Below, piece after piece: positions 39,500 to 48,911 of a DNA stretch of 64,000 nucleotides. Every line of letters starts with the position of its first letter. The stretch's first letter is position 1. Source of the DNA: Prevotella sp. (GTDB taxonomy: Bacteria; Bacteroidota; Bacteroidia; Bacteroidales; Bacteroidaceae). The notes under the pieces were generated by a model, which made no database searches, was not told the DNA's origin, and saw nothing but the letters and a program-made list of their open reading frames with translations. The stretch is taken from the NCBI GenBank assembly GCA_017934525.1, contig JAGBJJ010000031.1:14184-78183 (forward strand), read 5' to 3'. The translations under genes and the position numbers were made by a program.

Positions 39500-40129
39500 T
39501 TATTCGCCGCTTTGTGGCTGTTTTTCCTTCTTGGCAAGCATCACTACACGGTAGACGAAGTCGGTGACCCATTTCTCTGAAAAATTAAGGCGCTTGTTAT
39601 ACTCACGTACTGCCACCACCGTCTTCATAACGCCGGCATCGGTGTAGTCGTTCTTCGTGAAGATGTCGTGTACGGTTTTCTCCGTCATGGTGCGAATAGC
39701 CTTCTTGAAGAAGCTGGGCAGCCGAAGCTTAAACTTCATCAGATTGCCAGTGAGCATCATTACATCTTGTATAAATGCCTGAAACTGAAGCAGGTATGCT
39801 TGCACATCTTGAATACGCTTGCACCTGCGGCCAATGCTTTGGTCAATCTCCTTGAAGAACTGGTCGTCCATGTCGTACATCTCCTTGAGCATCTTTTTGC
39901 AGCGGGCTTTCTCGCCGATGCCCAGTTTGCCACCCTGCGTAGGCACCCGCAGCGATGTCTTAAACACGCGCAAGTCAGGCAGGGCCGCAAGATTGGTAAT
40001 GTTCAGATCGGCAGCCATCACTGCCTGGAAATACACGCGGATGAGTGTCATGAAATCTTCCATGCCACCGATTTTCATTTCATTATTGCCAGCTGTCTGC
40101 CGGCCAAGTATTTTTGACAATATTCCCAT
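39500..40129 (-). CDS. Conserved hypothetical protein
   Basis: ORF from MGILSKI, downstream of the minus-strand -7 element at about 40150. Confidence 0.7.
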   Translation of the reverse strand: MGILSKILGRQTAGNNEMKIGGMEDFMTLIRVYFQAVMAADLNITNLAALPDLRVFKTSLRVPTQGGKLGIGEKARCKKMLKEMYDMDDQFFKEIDQSIGRRCKRIQDVQAYLLQFQAFIQDVMMLTGNLMKFKLRLPSFFKKAIRTMTEKTVHDIFTKNDYTDAGVMKTVVAVREYNKRLNFSEKWVTDFVYRVVMLAKKEKQPQSGE

Positions 40130-40254
40130 AGTTATAAAAAATTCGCCTGCAAAGTTACACTTTTTTCTCCACATTCACACATTTTTCGAATTAAAAAGAT
40201 GGAATATGTGATTTTTTTTAGTACCTTTGCACCCTGTATAGCTATATATAACAC

Positions 40255-41133
40255 ATGAAAGGTATCGTTTTAGCAGGTGGAAGCGGCACACGCCTCTATC
40301 CTATCACCAAAGGAATCAGCAAGCAGCTGATACCTATTTTCGACAAGCCGATGATCTACTACCCCATCTCGGCGCTCATGCTGGCAGGTATCCGCGAGAT
40401 ACTCATCATATCCACGCCCTACGATCTGCCGGGTTTCCGTCGTCTGCTAGGCGACGGAAGCGACCTTGGAGTGAAGTTTGAGTATGCCGAGCAGCCCTCC
40501 CCCGACGGACTGGCTCAGGCCTTCATCATCGGCGAACAGTTTATCGGCACCGATTGTGTCTGCCTCGTTTTAGGCGACAACATTTTCCATGGTGCCGGTT
40601 TCACAGAGATGCTCCGCCAAAGCGTGAAAGACGCTGAGGAGAAAGAGCAGGCCACGGTGTTTGGCTACTACGTCAACGACCCTGAGCGCTATGGCGTGGC
40701 CGAGTTTGATGCCGACGGCAAGTGCCTCAGCATTGAGGAGAAACCGCAGCACCCAAAGTCGAACTATGCCGTCGTGGGGCTCTACTTCTATCCAAACAGC
40801 GTGGTAGACATTGCCAAGACCATCAAACCGAGCGCCCGGGGCGAGCTGGAAATTACCTCCGTCAACCAGGTCTATCTGGAGCGCGAGCAGCTTCATGTGC
40901 AGACGCTGCAGCGCGGATTTGCCTGGCTCGACACCGGCACCCACGACTCGCTGGCCGAAGCGAGTACCTTTATAGAGGTAATAGAAAAGCGCCAGGGACT
41001 GAAGATAGCCTGTCTGGAGGAGATTGCCTTCACCAACGGATGGATTTCGCGCGAAAAACTACTTGACACTGCCAAGCCCATGCAGAAGAACGACTATGGG
41101 CAATACCTTCTACAACTGGCCAACAATGGTTAG
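40255..41133 (+). CDS. rfbA: Glucose-1-phosphate thymidylyltransferase
   Basis: [31 protein letters not shown] and AWLDTGT. Confidence 0.96.
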   Translation: MKGIVLAGGSGTRLYPITKGISKQLIPIFDKPMIYYPISALMLAGIREILIISTPYDLPGFRRLLGDGSDLGVKFEYAEQPSPDGLAQAFIIGEQFIGTDCVCLVLGDNIFHGAGFTEMLRQSVKDAEEKEQATVFGYYVNDPERYGVAEFDADGKCLSIEEKPQHPKSNYAVVGLYFYPNSVVDIAKTIKPSARGELEITSVNQVYLEREQLHVQTLQRGFAWLDTGTHDSLAEASTFIEVIEKRQGLKIACLEEIAFTNGWISREKLLDTAKPMQKNDYGQYLLQLANNG

Positions 41134-41171
41134 GAGAATAATCACCTGTTAACACATTACTTAATATAAAA

Positions 41172-43646
41172 ATGGAAGACAACAAAATTTTGGAGTCGAG
41201 CGTTGAAAATGCAGATGCCTTGGTTCAGAAAGAGGAATCTACATTTGATATAAAGACCATTTTCACGCTTATCGTGCTCAACTGGCAGTGGTTCCTGCTC
41301 TCACTATTCATCTGTGTGTGCGGGGCGCTTATCTATCTGCGCTACAAATCGCCTGTATATCAGGTATCTGCCAAAATGCTTATCAAGGAGGAGACCAACA
41401 ACAGACGAGGCAACCAGATGCTCGCCAACATGCAGGACTTTGGCTTTATCTCTAATTCGGCAGGTATTGAGAACGAGGTGGAAATTCTCAAGTCGCGCAT
41501 ATTGGCACTTGATGCTGTAAAAGACCTGAAGCTCTATGTGGAGTACAGAGGCGACGGCAAGGTGAAGAAGAGCTTGCTCTACAAGTCGCAGCCCATCTCG
41601 GTAGACCTCGACGCAGATCATCTGGCTGAACTCGACAAGACACGCTCCGGGTTCCGCTTCAAGATAACGAAAGACGGCGATAAATACCTGGTGGAAGAGA
41701 TGAACAAGGAGTTTAAAGGTACGTTCAAAACCATGCCCGCCATGATGAAGACCCCCTACGGCACCATCATGTTCACGAAAAACGGCAGCAAGGAAATGGC
41801 CAACAAGCAGAGTGTGCTCGTCACCATCTATTCGCCTGTCGCCGTAGCAACAGGCTATGCCAGAGCTCTGTCGGTCGAGCCTACCTCGAAGATGACGTCG
41901 ATCGCACTGCTCACTATCAAGGACCAGAACCGCGAGCGTGCCTTCGACTACCTGAAGCAACTGGCCGTGGTATACAACCGCCAGGCCAACGCCGACAAAA
42001 ATGAGATTGCCTACAAGACGGAGATGTTCATCAATGACCGTCTGGAGAAGATCAACGCAGAGCTGGGCTCAACAGAAAGCGAACTGGAAGACTATAAGCG
42101 CCGCCACAACCTGACGCAGCTGCGCCTTGACGCCACACAGACCATGGCACAGGCCAACCAGTATTCATCGCAGCTGGCTGATGCCAACACACAACTGCAG
42201 CTGCTCGACTATCTGCGCGAATACGTCAACATGGGCAGCAATAAGTATCAGATTATCCCGTCGAACGTGGGTCTCAGCGACCCCGTCTCGGCTTCGCTCA
42301 TCAACCAGTTCAACACTAACGTGCAGGAACGCAACCGCATGCTGGCCTCAGCTTCAGAGAACTCACCGCAGGTGATACAGATTACGAACACCCTCGACCA
42401 CTTGCAGCAGAGTATCCGCGAGGCTCTCAACCAGGCCCGCCGCACGGCCGACATTCAGCGCCAGAACATACAGCAGCAGTATCAGACCTATCAGTCGCGT
42501 GTGGAAAACACGCCTGAGCAGGAGCGTGTGCTCACCCAAATTGGTCGCCAGCAGGAAGTGAAGTCGGGCCTCTACCTGATGCTTCTGCAGAAGCGTGAGG
42601 AGAACTCCATCTCACTGGCTGCCACAGCCGACAAGGGCAAACTCATCGACGACCCCACGTTTGGTGGCAAGGTGAGCCCCAAGAAGTCGATTATCATGCT
42701 GTCGGCCATCGTCATAGGCTTTGCCTTCCCCCTGCTTTTCACCTACCTGCTGCAGCTTCTGCGCTACAAGATTGAAGGCCACGACGATGTACAGAAACTC
42801 ACCCGCCTGCCCATTGTGGCCGATGTGGCCGTGGCCAGCGACTCCGTCAAGACGGCTGCCGGTATCGTGGTGCACGAGAACAAGAATAACCAGATTGATG
42901 AGATATTCCGCTCAATGCGTACCAATATCCAGTTCATGATGAAGGGCGACCAAAAGGTCATCATGTTCACTTCGTCGACGTCTGGCGAAGGTAAGACGTT
43001 CAACGCCGCCAACCTGGCAGTGAGCTTTGCCCTGCTCGGCCGAAAGGTGGTGCTGGTGGGTCTCGACATTCGTAAGCCTGCCTTGGGACGCCTGTTCAAT
43101 ATTGCCGACCGCCAGGCAGGTGTCACCACGCTGCTCGTCCGCGATGTGGTAACGACAGACGACGTGATGTCGCAGATTCGCAACTCAGGCATCAATGCCA
43201 ACCTCGACATGCTTATGGCAGGTCCTACGCCTCCCAACCCCACCGAGCTGCTGGCCCGCAAGAATCTGGGTGACGTAATTAGCATACTGCGCGAGAAGTA
43301 TGACTACATCATCCTTGATACGGCTCCTGTGGGCCTGGTGACCGACACCCTGCAGATTGGCAAGTATGCCGACGTGACGGCATTTGTCTGCCGCGCCGAC
43401 TATACGCCCAAGAGCAGCTTTACCATGGTCAACCAGCTTTCCAACGAGAAGAAATTGCCCAACATGTGCGTCATCATCAATGGTGTCGACATGTCGAAGA
43501 AGAAATACGGCTACTACTACGGCTACGGCAAATATGGCAAGTACGGCCGCTATGGCTACGGTTACGGCTACGGCAGCTACGGCGCCTATGGCAACTATGC
43601 TGAGAGCCACTATGGCAAGAAAGACGACAACTCAATCAAGCGATAA
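41172..43646 (+). CDS. wzc: Polysaccharide co-polymerase / BY-kinase (Wzc)
   Basis: Two TMs flanking a periplasmic coiled coil; Walker A SGEGKT, DIRKP, ILDTAP; C-terminal Tyr cluster. Confidence 0.92.
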   Translation: MEDNKILESSVENADALVQKEESTFDIKTIFTLIVLNWQWFLLSLFICVCGALIYLRYKSPVYQVSAKMLIKEETNNRRGNQMLANMQDFGFISNSAGIENEVEILKSRILALDAVKDLKLYVEYRGDGKVKKSLLYKSQPISVDLDADHLAELDKTRSGFRFKITKDGDKYLVEEMNKEFKGTFKTMPAMMKTPYGTIMFTKNGSKEMANKQSVLVTIYSPVAVATGYARALSVEPTSKMTSIALLTIKDQNRERAFDYLKQLAVVYNRQANADKNEIAYKTEMFINDRLEKINAELGSTESELEDYKRRHNLTQLRLDATQTMAQANQYSSQLADANTQLQLLDYLREYVNMGSNKYQIIPSNVGLSDPVSASLINQFNTNVQERNRMLASASENSPQVIQITNTLDHLQQSIREALNQARRTADIQRQNIQQQYQTYQSRVENTPEQERVLTQIGRQQEVKSGLYLMLLQKREENSISLAATADKGKLIDDPTFGGKVSPKKSIIMLSAIVIGFAFPLLFTYLLQLLRYKIEGHDDVQKLTRLPIVADVAVASDSVKTAAGIVVHENKNNQIDEIFRSMRTNIQFMMKGDQKVIMFTSSTSGEGKTFNAANLAVSFALLGRKVVLVGLDIRKPALGRLFNIADRQAGVTTLLVRDVVTTDDVMSQIRNSGINANLDMLMAGPTPPNPTELLARKNLGDVISILREKYDYIILDTAPVGLVTDTLQIGKYADVTAFVCRADYTPKSSFTMVNQLSNEKKLPNMCVIINGVDMSKKKYGYYYGYGKYGKYGRYGYGYGYGSYGAYGNYAESHYGKKDDNSIKR

Positions 43647-43654
43647 TAAAGCAT

Positions 43655-44095
43655 ATGCTAATAGCAGTAGATTTCGACGGCACCATCGTTGAGCATCGCT
43701 ATCCCGAGATAGGGCCAGAGATTCCTTTTGCCACTGAAACGCTGAAGATGCTCATCAAGGATCATCATCGGCTCATACTCTGGTCGGTACGTGAGGGCGA
43801 GCTGCTCGAACAAGCCATCAACTGGTGCCGCGAGCGCGGCGTAGAGTTCTATGCCATCAACCGCGACTATCCGGAGGAGGAAAAAGAGAAGAACCAGCAC
43901 TTCAGCCGGAAGCTCAAGGTAGACCTGTTTATTGATGACCGCAACCTGGGCGGCCTACCCGACTGGGGCACCATCTATCGCATGATAAGCCATCACAAGA
44001 CGTGGCACGACTTGATGATAGAAGAAGTGCAGAGTGCCACCCTTACTCCCTACGAGGAACTCCACCCCAAGAAGAAGCCTTGGTGGAAATTCTGA
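43655..44095 (+). CDS. Small HAD-type phosphatase (BT0820-like)
   Basis: IAVDFDGTI, W(S)VREG and K...DLFIDDRN. Confidence 0.82.
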   Translation: MLIAVDFDGTIVEHRYPEIGPEIPFATETLKMLIKDHHRLILWSVREGELLEQAINWCRERGVEFYAINRDYPEEEKEKNQHFSRKLKVDLFIDDRNLGGLPDWGTIYRMISHHKTWHDLMIEEVQSATLTPYEELHPKKKPWWKF

Positions 44096-44102
44096 ACACA
44101 GC

Positions 44103-44141
44103 AAGAGGAGTTAACCCCAACATGGGGAAGACTCCTCTTTT
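44103..44141 (+). terminator. Intrinsic terminator after rfbA-wzc-HAD
   Basis: AAGAGGAGT..CCCC..GGGG..ACTCCTCTT followed by a T tract. Confidence 0.65.
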
Positions 44142-44160
44142 ATTCTTCCCTTATTCACAC

Positions 44161-45222
44161 ATGAAGAAGCAGAATATCATAGTGACCCGACAACTGGAGC
44201 AGCACCTGGACCATGCCATAGCCGACATACGCCCCGACAGGCTCTTCGTACTGACCGATGCGTCTACACGTCAGTGCTGTCTGCCCCTGGTGAGCCATTT
44301 CAACTGTATGGCCGACGCACACCACATCAGCATTCCTGCCGGCGAAGAATACAAAACGCTTAACTCGGCAGTGCATGTCTGGCAAGAGTTGCAGCACATG
44401 GGAGCCACGCGCCATTCGCTTGTCATCAACCTGGGGGGTGGCATGGTGTGCGACTTGGGCAGCTTTGCGGCAGCCACTTTCAAGCGGGGCATGCACTTCA
44501 TTAACATTCCCACCACGCTGCTCGCCATGGTTGATGCTTCGGCAGGCGGTAAGACAGGCATCAACTTCGAAGGGTTGAAGAATGAAATAGGTGTATTCCG
44601 CCAGGCCGACAGAGTTATTGTCGACACACGATTTCTGAAAACACTCGACCAACAGAATTTACTCTCTGGCTATGCAGAGATGCTGAAGCACGGGCTTATC
44701 AGCGACCGCCAGACGTGGGCGCATCTGCTTGCCGATGATATTCTCAGCGACAACTGGGCAGACATGCTCGGTCCGCAAATTGCGGAAAGCATACAGATCA
44801 AGCTGCGCCTCGTCAGCGCAGATCCCTTGGAGCGGGGCTTGCGCAAAGCGCTCAACTTCGGTCATACCGCAGGCCATGCCTTCGAGTCGTTCTCAATGCT
44901 CAGTCCTTCCTGCAAGCCCGTTCTTCATGGCTATGCCGTGGCCTATGGCATGGTTGTAGAACTCTACCTGAGTACCATAAAGAGTTCTTTTCCGGTAGAC
45001 GCGATGCGTCAGACCGTCAGATTCATTCGAGAGAACTACGGCTGTCTTGTCATCACTTGCAACGACTACCCCACCCTGCTGCAACTGATGACTCACGACA
45101 AGAAAAACACCGTCGGTCACATCAATTTCACGCTGCTGGCCGACATCGGCGACGTGAGAATCAATCAGACTGCCACCGAGGATGAGATAAAAGAAGCACT
45201 TGACTTTTACCGAGAGGCGTGA
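44161..45222 (+). CDS. aroB: 3-dehydroquinate synthase
   Basis: GEEYK, GGGMVCD, PTTLLAMVDAS.GGKTG, LNFGHT.GHA and HDKK; start at MKKQ 44161. Confidence 0.94.
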   Translation: MKKQNIIVTRQLEQHLDHAIADIRPDRLFVLTDASTRQCCLPLVSHFNCMADAHHISIPAGEEYKTLNSAVHVWQELQHMGATRHSLVINLGGGMVCDLGSFAAATFKRGMHFINIPTTLLAMVDASAGGKTGINFEGLKNEIGVFRQADRVIVDTRFLKTLDQQNLLSGYAEMLKHGLISDRQTWAHLLADDILSDNWADMLGPQIAESIQIKLRLVSADPLERGLRKALNFGHTAGHAFESFSMLSPSCKPVLHGYAVAYGMVVELYLSTIKSSFPVDAMRQTVRFIRENYGCLVITCNDYPTLLQLMTHDKKNTVGHINFTLLADIGDVRINQTATEDEIKEALDFYREA

Positions 45223-45235
45223 CCGCGCTTCTGGC

Positions 45236-45301
45236 GTCAGGTCATATCGTGGGTAGCGTTAGGCCACATCGCTGGGAGCGATGAGATATGCTGTCGACAG
45301 C
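45236..45301. repeat. Degenerate 22-bp tandem repeat (3 units) between convergent aroB and menE
   Basis: gtcaggtcatatcgtgggtagc / gttaggccacatcgctgggagc (16/22 identical) / gatgagatatgctgtcgacagc. Confidence 0.55.
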
Positions 45302-45384
45302 AGGCGGCGAAATCTGGCGGCCTGTTTTCTCAACTGACAGGACCATAGCTTCGCTGTTGTGGCAAAAAAGTAATAAAGAAAGAA

Positions 45385-46404
45385 TCAATGGGCTGAAGCC
45401 AACTTCTCGGCTTCCCGCCGGGCGGGCTTGCCAGTCTCAGTGAACGGAAGAGTATCAACGTTCACATAATGCCTCGGCTGCCAATATTTAGGAAGATGCT
45501 TTTCACAGAGTTGGCGCATAGCTGCCAAATCACCGGAAGTAGTCAGCATCACTACCACTTCTCCAAATTTATTGTCTTTTCTTTTACTTATGAAAAAGGG
45601 CACGTGGGTGAACTGCCGCAGCACGCGCTCAACGTCTTCTATCTGTATTTTCACCCCACCAGAACAAATCACATTGTCACGTCGGCCCAGAATGCGGAAA
45701 CGTCCGTCGCACACTTCTGCCAAGTCGTTGGTGACGAGCAGGCCATCGCACACTGCAGGGGCTTCGATAGTCAGACACCCCTCATCGGTCAGGCCAACCT
45801 TCACCGACTCAAAAGGCGTGTACCACTCGCTGGCTTCAGGACCGCTCAGTCTGCGCAGCGCTATATGCGAGAGCGTCTCAGTCATGCCATACGTGCTCCA
45901 CACGGCGTTCGGGAACGGACGCAACTCACGAGCCATCTCTTCATCGACAGCTCCTCCGCCAATAATCAGATGGCGTATCTGCATAAGCCGGTTGCGCTCT
46001 TCGGGCACCCTCAACGAGTTATACACCTGCATGGGTACCATGGCGGCAAAAGAGAGACTGACGTCACTCTCACCATCCCAAAGAGAAGTATTCTGAGGCA
46101 GAGCCTCACGCCATAGCGAAGGGTTGCTCAGCGGGTGTCCACTGGGGTCAACGCTCAGCAGGTGCAGACCGCACGTCAGCGATCTGACAACCATCATTTT
46201 ACCGGCAATGTAGTCGAGCGGCATGCATAGCAATGCTGTGTCGCCGGGCTTCAGCCCCAGAAAGCGACACGTGATGCGGGCAGATGCCTCCATACGCCGC
46301 TTCTCAACCCAAAGCGGCTTAGGCTGCCCGGTGCTGCCACTGGTGTGTACCAGAACGCGGTCGTCCGCGTTGTGCCATTCTGCTAAGAACGCGCCGAGAT
46401 CCAT
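45385..46404 (-). CDS. menE: O-succinylbenzoate-CoA ligase
   Basis: TSGSTGQPK, STYGMTET, TND, GR.D.VI.SGG.K and TGK. Confidence 0.9.
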   Translation of the reverse strand: MDLGAFLAEWHNADDRVLVHTSGSTGQPKPLWVEKRRMEASARITCRFLGLKPGDTALLCMPLDYIAGKMMVVRSLTCGLHLLSVDPSGHPLSNPSLWREALPQNTSLWDGESDVSLSFAAMVPMQVYNSLRVPEERNRLMQIRHLIIGGGAVDEEMARELRPFPNAVWSTYGMTETLSHIALRRLSGPEASEWYTPFESVKVGLTDEGCLTIEAPAVCDGLLVTNDLAEVCDGRFRILGRRDNVICSGGVKIQIEDVERVLRQFTHVPFFISKRKDNKFGEVVVMLTTSGDLAAMRQLCEKHLPKYWQPRHYVNVDTLPFTETGKPARREAEKLASAH

Positions 46405-47399
46405 AATTTGTCTCCTCTTATTTCAAGCGGCATAGGAATATTGTCGACGAAGAGCTGTCCCGTGCCCAATCCCTGCGGCATGGTAATCTTGTCGCCGTAG
46501 ACAGAGCTGCAGAAGCGTGCAATAGCACTCAGCCCCACATTACTCTCAAGCGCCGAAGTCATCCAGGAGCCAATGCCTTGCTCCTGCGCAATTCTTATCC
46601 ACTCACGACACCCCATCATTCCGCCGTGCAGCGATGGTTTCAGAATGATGTAATCAGGCTTGATGATTCTCAGCAACTGGCGCTTCTGATCAGGGTCGTT
46701 CACGCCGATGAGCTCCTCGTCAAGTGCAATAGGCAACGGCGCATAGCGGCACAACTCGGCCATGTTACCCCACTGCATCGACGCAATGGGCTGCTCAATG
46801 CTGTGGATGGCAAACTGCGAGAGCAGCTCCAGCTTGTAGAGAGCCTCTTTGAATGAGAACCCTCCGTTGGCATCGAGCCGCAGCTCTATCTCGCGCGGCG
46901 AGAAGCGCTCGCGAATGCGTTTCACCAGGTCCAGCTCTCGGCCGAAGTCTATGGCTCCCACCTTCAGCTTCACACAGCGAAAACCTTGCTCCAGCTTCTG
47001 CTCAATACGCCTGAGCATCTCCTCGTATGAACCCATCCATACCAAGCCATTGATGGGAATGCCTTGCTCACCGCGACTGAAGGGAGTATCGAAAAGCAAC
47101 GGTGAGCGCAAAGCAAGCATGGCTGTTTCCAAGCCAAAAAGCATCGACGGATAGTCGCGCATGGCCTCATAGTTGATGACTCCTGTGCGGCACACGTCGT
47201 CGCAGAAACGACGCAGCACGCTGGCGTAGTCAGGAATCGCATCGCAACTCAGATCTGGCAGCGGGGCACACTCGCCAACCCCGCTACGATCGCCATCTCT
47301 GATCGTAATAAACCAGCTGCGACGCACAGTATAGACGCCTCTTGAAGTGCCGGCCGGTTGTTTAAAATGGAGCACTCGCTCCTCAATGTTTATCTTCAT
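46383..47399 (-). CDS. menC: O-succinylbenzoate synthase
   Basis: Enolase superfamily: KLK, RLDANG, IEQP, LDEEL, ILKP and GLGTG; start at MKINIEE 47399. Confidence 0.9.
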   Translation of the reverse strand: MKINIEERVLHFKQPAGTSRGVYTVRRSWFITIRDGDRSGVGECAPLPDLSCDAIPDYASVLRRFCDDVCRTGVINYEAMRDYPSMLFGLETAMLALRSPLLFDTPFSRGEQGIPINGLVWMGSYEEMLRRIEQKLEQGFRCVKLKVGAIDFGRELDLVKRIRERFSPREIELRLDANGGFSFKEALYKLELLSQFAIHSIEQPIASMQWGNMAELCRYAPLPIALDEELIGVNDPDQKRQLLRIIKPDYIILKPSLHGGMMGCREWIRIAQEQGIGSWMTSALESNVGLSAIARFCSSVYGDKITMPQGLGTGQLFVDNIPMPLEIRGDKLWISARS

Positions 47400-47478
47400 A
47401 ATAGTAACCTTTATCGTTGCAAAGATACAAAAAAATTCTTTAAAAATATGTACCTTTGCAAAAAAGTTTTGAACAAAA

Positions 47479-47504
47479 TGTAATAAAAACGTCGACTGAC
47501 TGTC
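47479..47504 (+). promoter_or_regulatory. Candidate ECF-sigma promoter TGTAATAA-N13-CTGTC (copy 1)
   Basis: Same motif and spacing as 48362-48387; lies 24 nt upstream of the sigma ATG. Confidence 0.6.
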
Positions 47505-47528
47505 AAACAGATAAAAGAAAACGCGAGA

Positions 47529-48059
47529 ATGGAAGACAAAGAACTGGTCACCAGCATACTGAAAGACAAGAAGACGCAAGCCTTTAGCCACATCGTCAAA
47601 AAATATGAGGCAAAGGTCTACTCAAGAGTCCTGAGCATCACCAAACAAGGCGAGACTGCACGCGAGGTGACGCAGCAGACGTTCATACGCGTCTACCAGC
47701 GACTCGCCGACTGGCGAGGCGTAGAACTGGGGCCATGGATCACGGCCATCGCCTGCCACCTGTCGATTAATCATCTGGAGAAAGAGAAACGACAACGACG
47801 TACTATTGACGCAAGCCGCTTGGAGCAGCCCAGTGAGGAATACTCGGCAGAGCACGAGGAGCGCCTGGTCCTGATAGAGCAGGCCATCGCCAAGCTGGCA
47901 CCCGACGACCGCGAACTGATACGCCTCTTCTATTATCATAAGGTAAAAACCGACGAGATAGCCCGACGCACAGGGCTCACGCAATCGAACGTCTTGGTGC
48001 GCCTGCACCGCATACGTGAACGACTCAAGAAACAGATAGGAAATGAAAGAGATGAATGA
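47529..48059 (+). CDS. ECF RNA polymerase sigma factor
   Basis: Region 2 (EVTQQTFIRVY...W...IA) and region 4 HTH (EIARRTG..SNV.VRLHR). Confidence 0.92.
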   Translation: MEDKELVTSILKDKKTQAFSHIVKKYEAKVYSRVLSITKQGETAREVTQQTFIRVYQRLADWRGVELGPWITAIACHLSINHLEKEKRQRRTIDASRLEQPSEEYSAEHEERLVLIEQAIAKLAPDDRELIRLFYYHKVKTDEIARRTGLTQSNVLVRLHRIRERLKKQIGNERDE

Positions 48060-48366
48060 AAAGGAACTGGACGCGCTTATCAGCGCATCGTTCGAGCGCG
48101 AAGAACTGCTCGAACAAATCAACCGAAGCGTCATGACTGATGTGCGCCGTCAGGCCCGGCGGGCCTGGCTGCGCCGCTGGGGACGCATGGCAGCCTTCGC
48201 CTTCGGTGTTCCCACGGTACTGACGTGCTTTGCTTATAGCGTTTATAACATCTGCACAACATTGCCGATGCATCCTGCCATCGTCGTCGGGCTGGCACTC
48301 TCGGCCACAGCCATAATTGGCGTCAGCGGGCAGACGGTGAAGGAGTTTTCCATCGACAATGTGTAA
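48043..48366 (+). CDS. Putative membrane anti-sigma factor
   Basis: Overlaps the sigma stop; short cytoplasmic N-terminus plus two TM helices. Confidence 0.65.
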   Translation: MKEMNEKELDALISASFEREELLEQINRSVMTDVRRQARRAWLRRWGRMAAFAFGVPTVLTCFAYSVYNICTTLPMHPAIVVGLALSATAIIGVSGQTVKEFSIDNV

Positions 48367-48387
48367 TAATCAGCTCGTCAGGCTGTC
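48362..48387 (+). promoter_or_regulatory. Candidate ECF-sigma promoter TGTAATAA-N13-CTGTC (copy 2)
   Basis: Repeat of the 47479 motif, 36 nt upstream of ATG 48424. Confidence 0.6.
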
Positions 48388-48423
48388 GTAATAATGAAGT
48401 TTAACCCATAAAACGTATATGAT

Positions 48424-48840
48424 ATGAATTATGAAAGCTTAGAAGGCATTTTTGCCATCGTCTTAACACTCTCCATCCCCCTCGTGGCCATCGCCGGCAG
48501 TTTCTTCGTAGCCATCAAGAAGAAGAACCGCGAGACGGAGCTGCGCAAGGCCATCATAGAGAACCACGTGGATGCAGACAGTATCAAACTGCTCATCAAG
48601 GAGCAGGGAGAGAGGAAGAACCCCTTCAGCATGCTGCGCTGGGGCTGCATTTTATTAGGCGCAGGCTTAGGTGCCCTTACCTGCGCCTTGGCCGGCATGA
48701 CCCCAAAGCATAGCATCTACTTCTGGATGACCATCCTCGCCTTCATGGGCATAGGCATGCTCATCAGCTTCACCATTGAACTGAAGCTTCAGAAGAAAAG
48801 GATGACGAATAAAGATAGCGCAGAAGAAAACATCAGCTAA
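48424..48840 (+). CDS. Small membrane protein (DUF6249-like)
   Basis: TM, ELRKAIIE, LRWGCILLGAGLG and two further TMs. Confidence 0.7.
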   Translation: MNYESLEGIFAIVLTLSIPLVAIAGSFFVAIKKKNRETELRKAIIENHVDADSIKLLIKEQGERKNPFSMLRWGCILLGAGLGALTCALAGMTPKHSIYFWMTILAFMGIGMLISFTIELKLQKKRMTNKDSAEENIS

Positions 48841-48911
48841 TAGCCTGGCCAGCCGTTTTGTCGGCATATTGCATCTTAGCCTCAAGTCTTCTCTCATCCG
48901 TTCTCCACAGT

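Noticed and set aside
43495-43620. (GGCTAC)n-like DNA repeat as a phase-variable tract
   Set aside because: In-frame and encodes the Wzc Gly-Tyr autophosphorylation cluster
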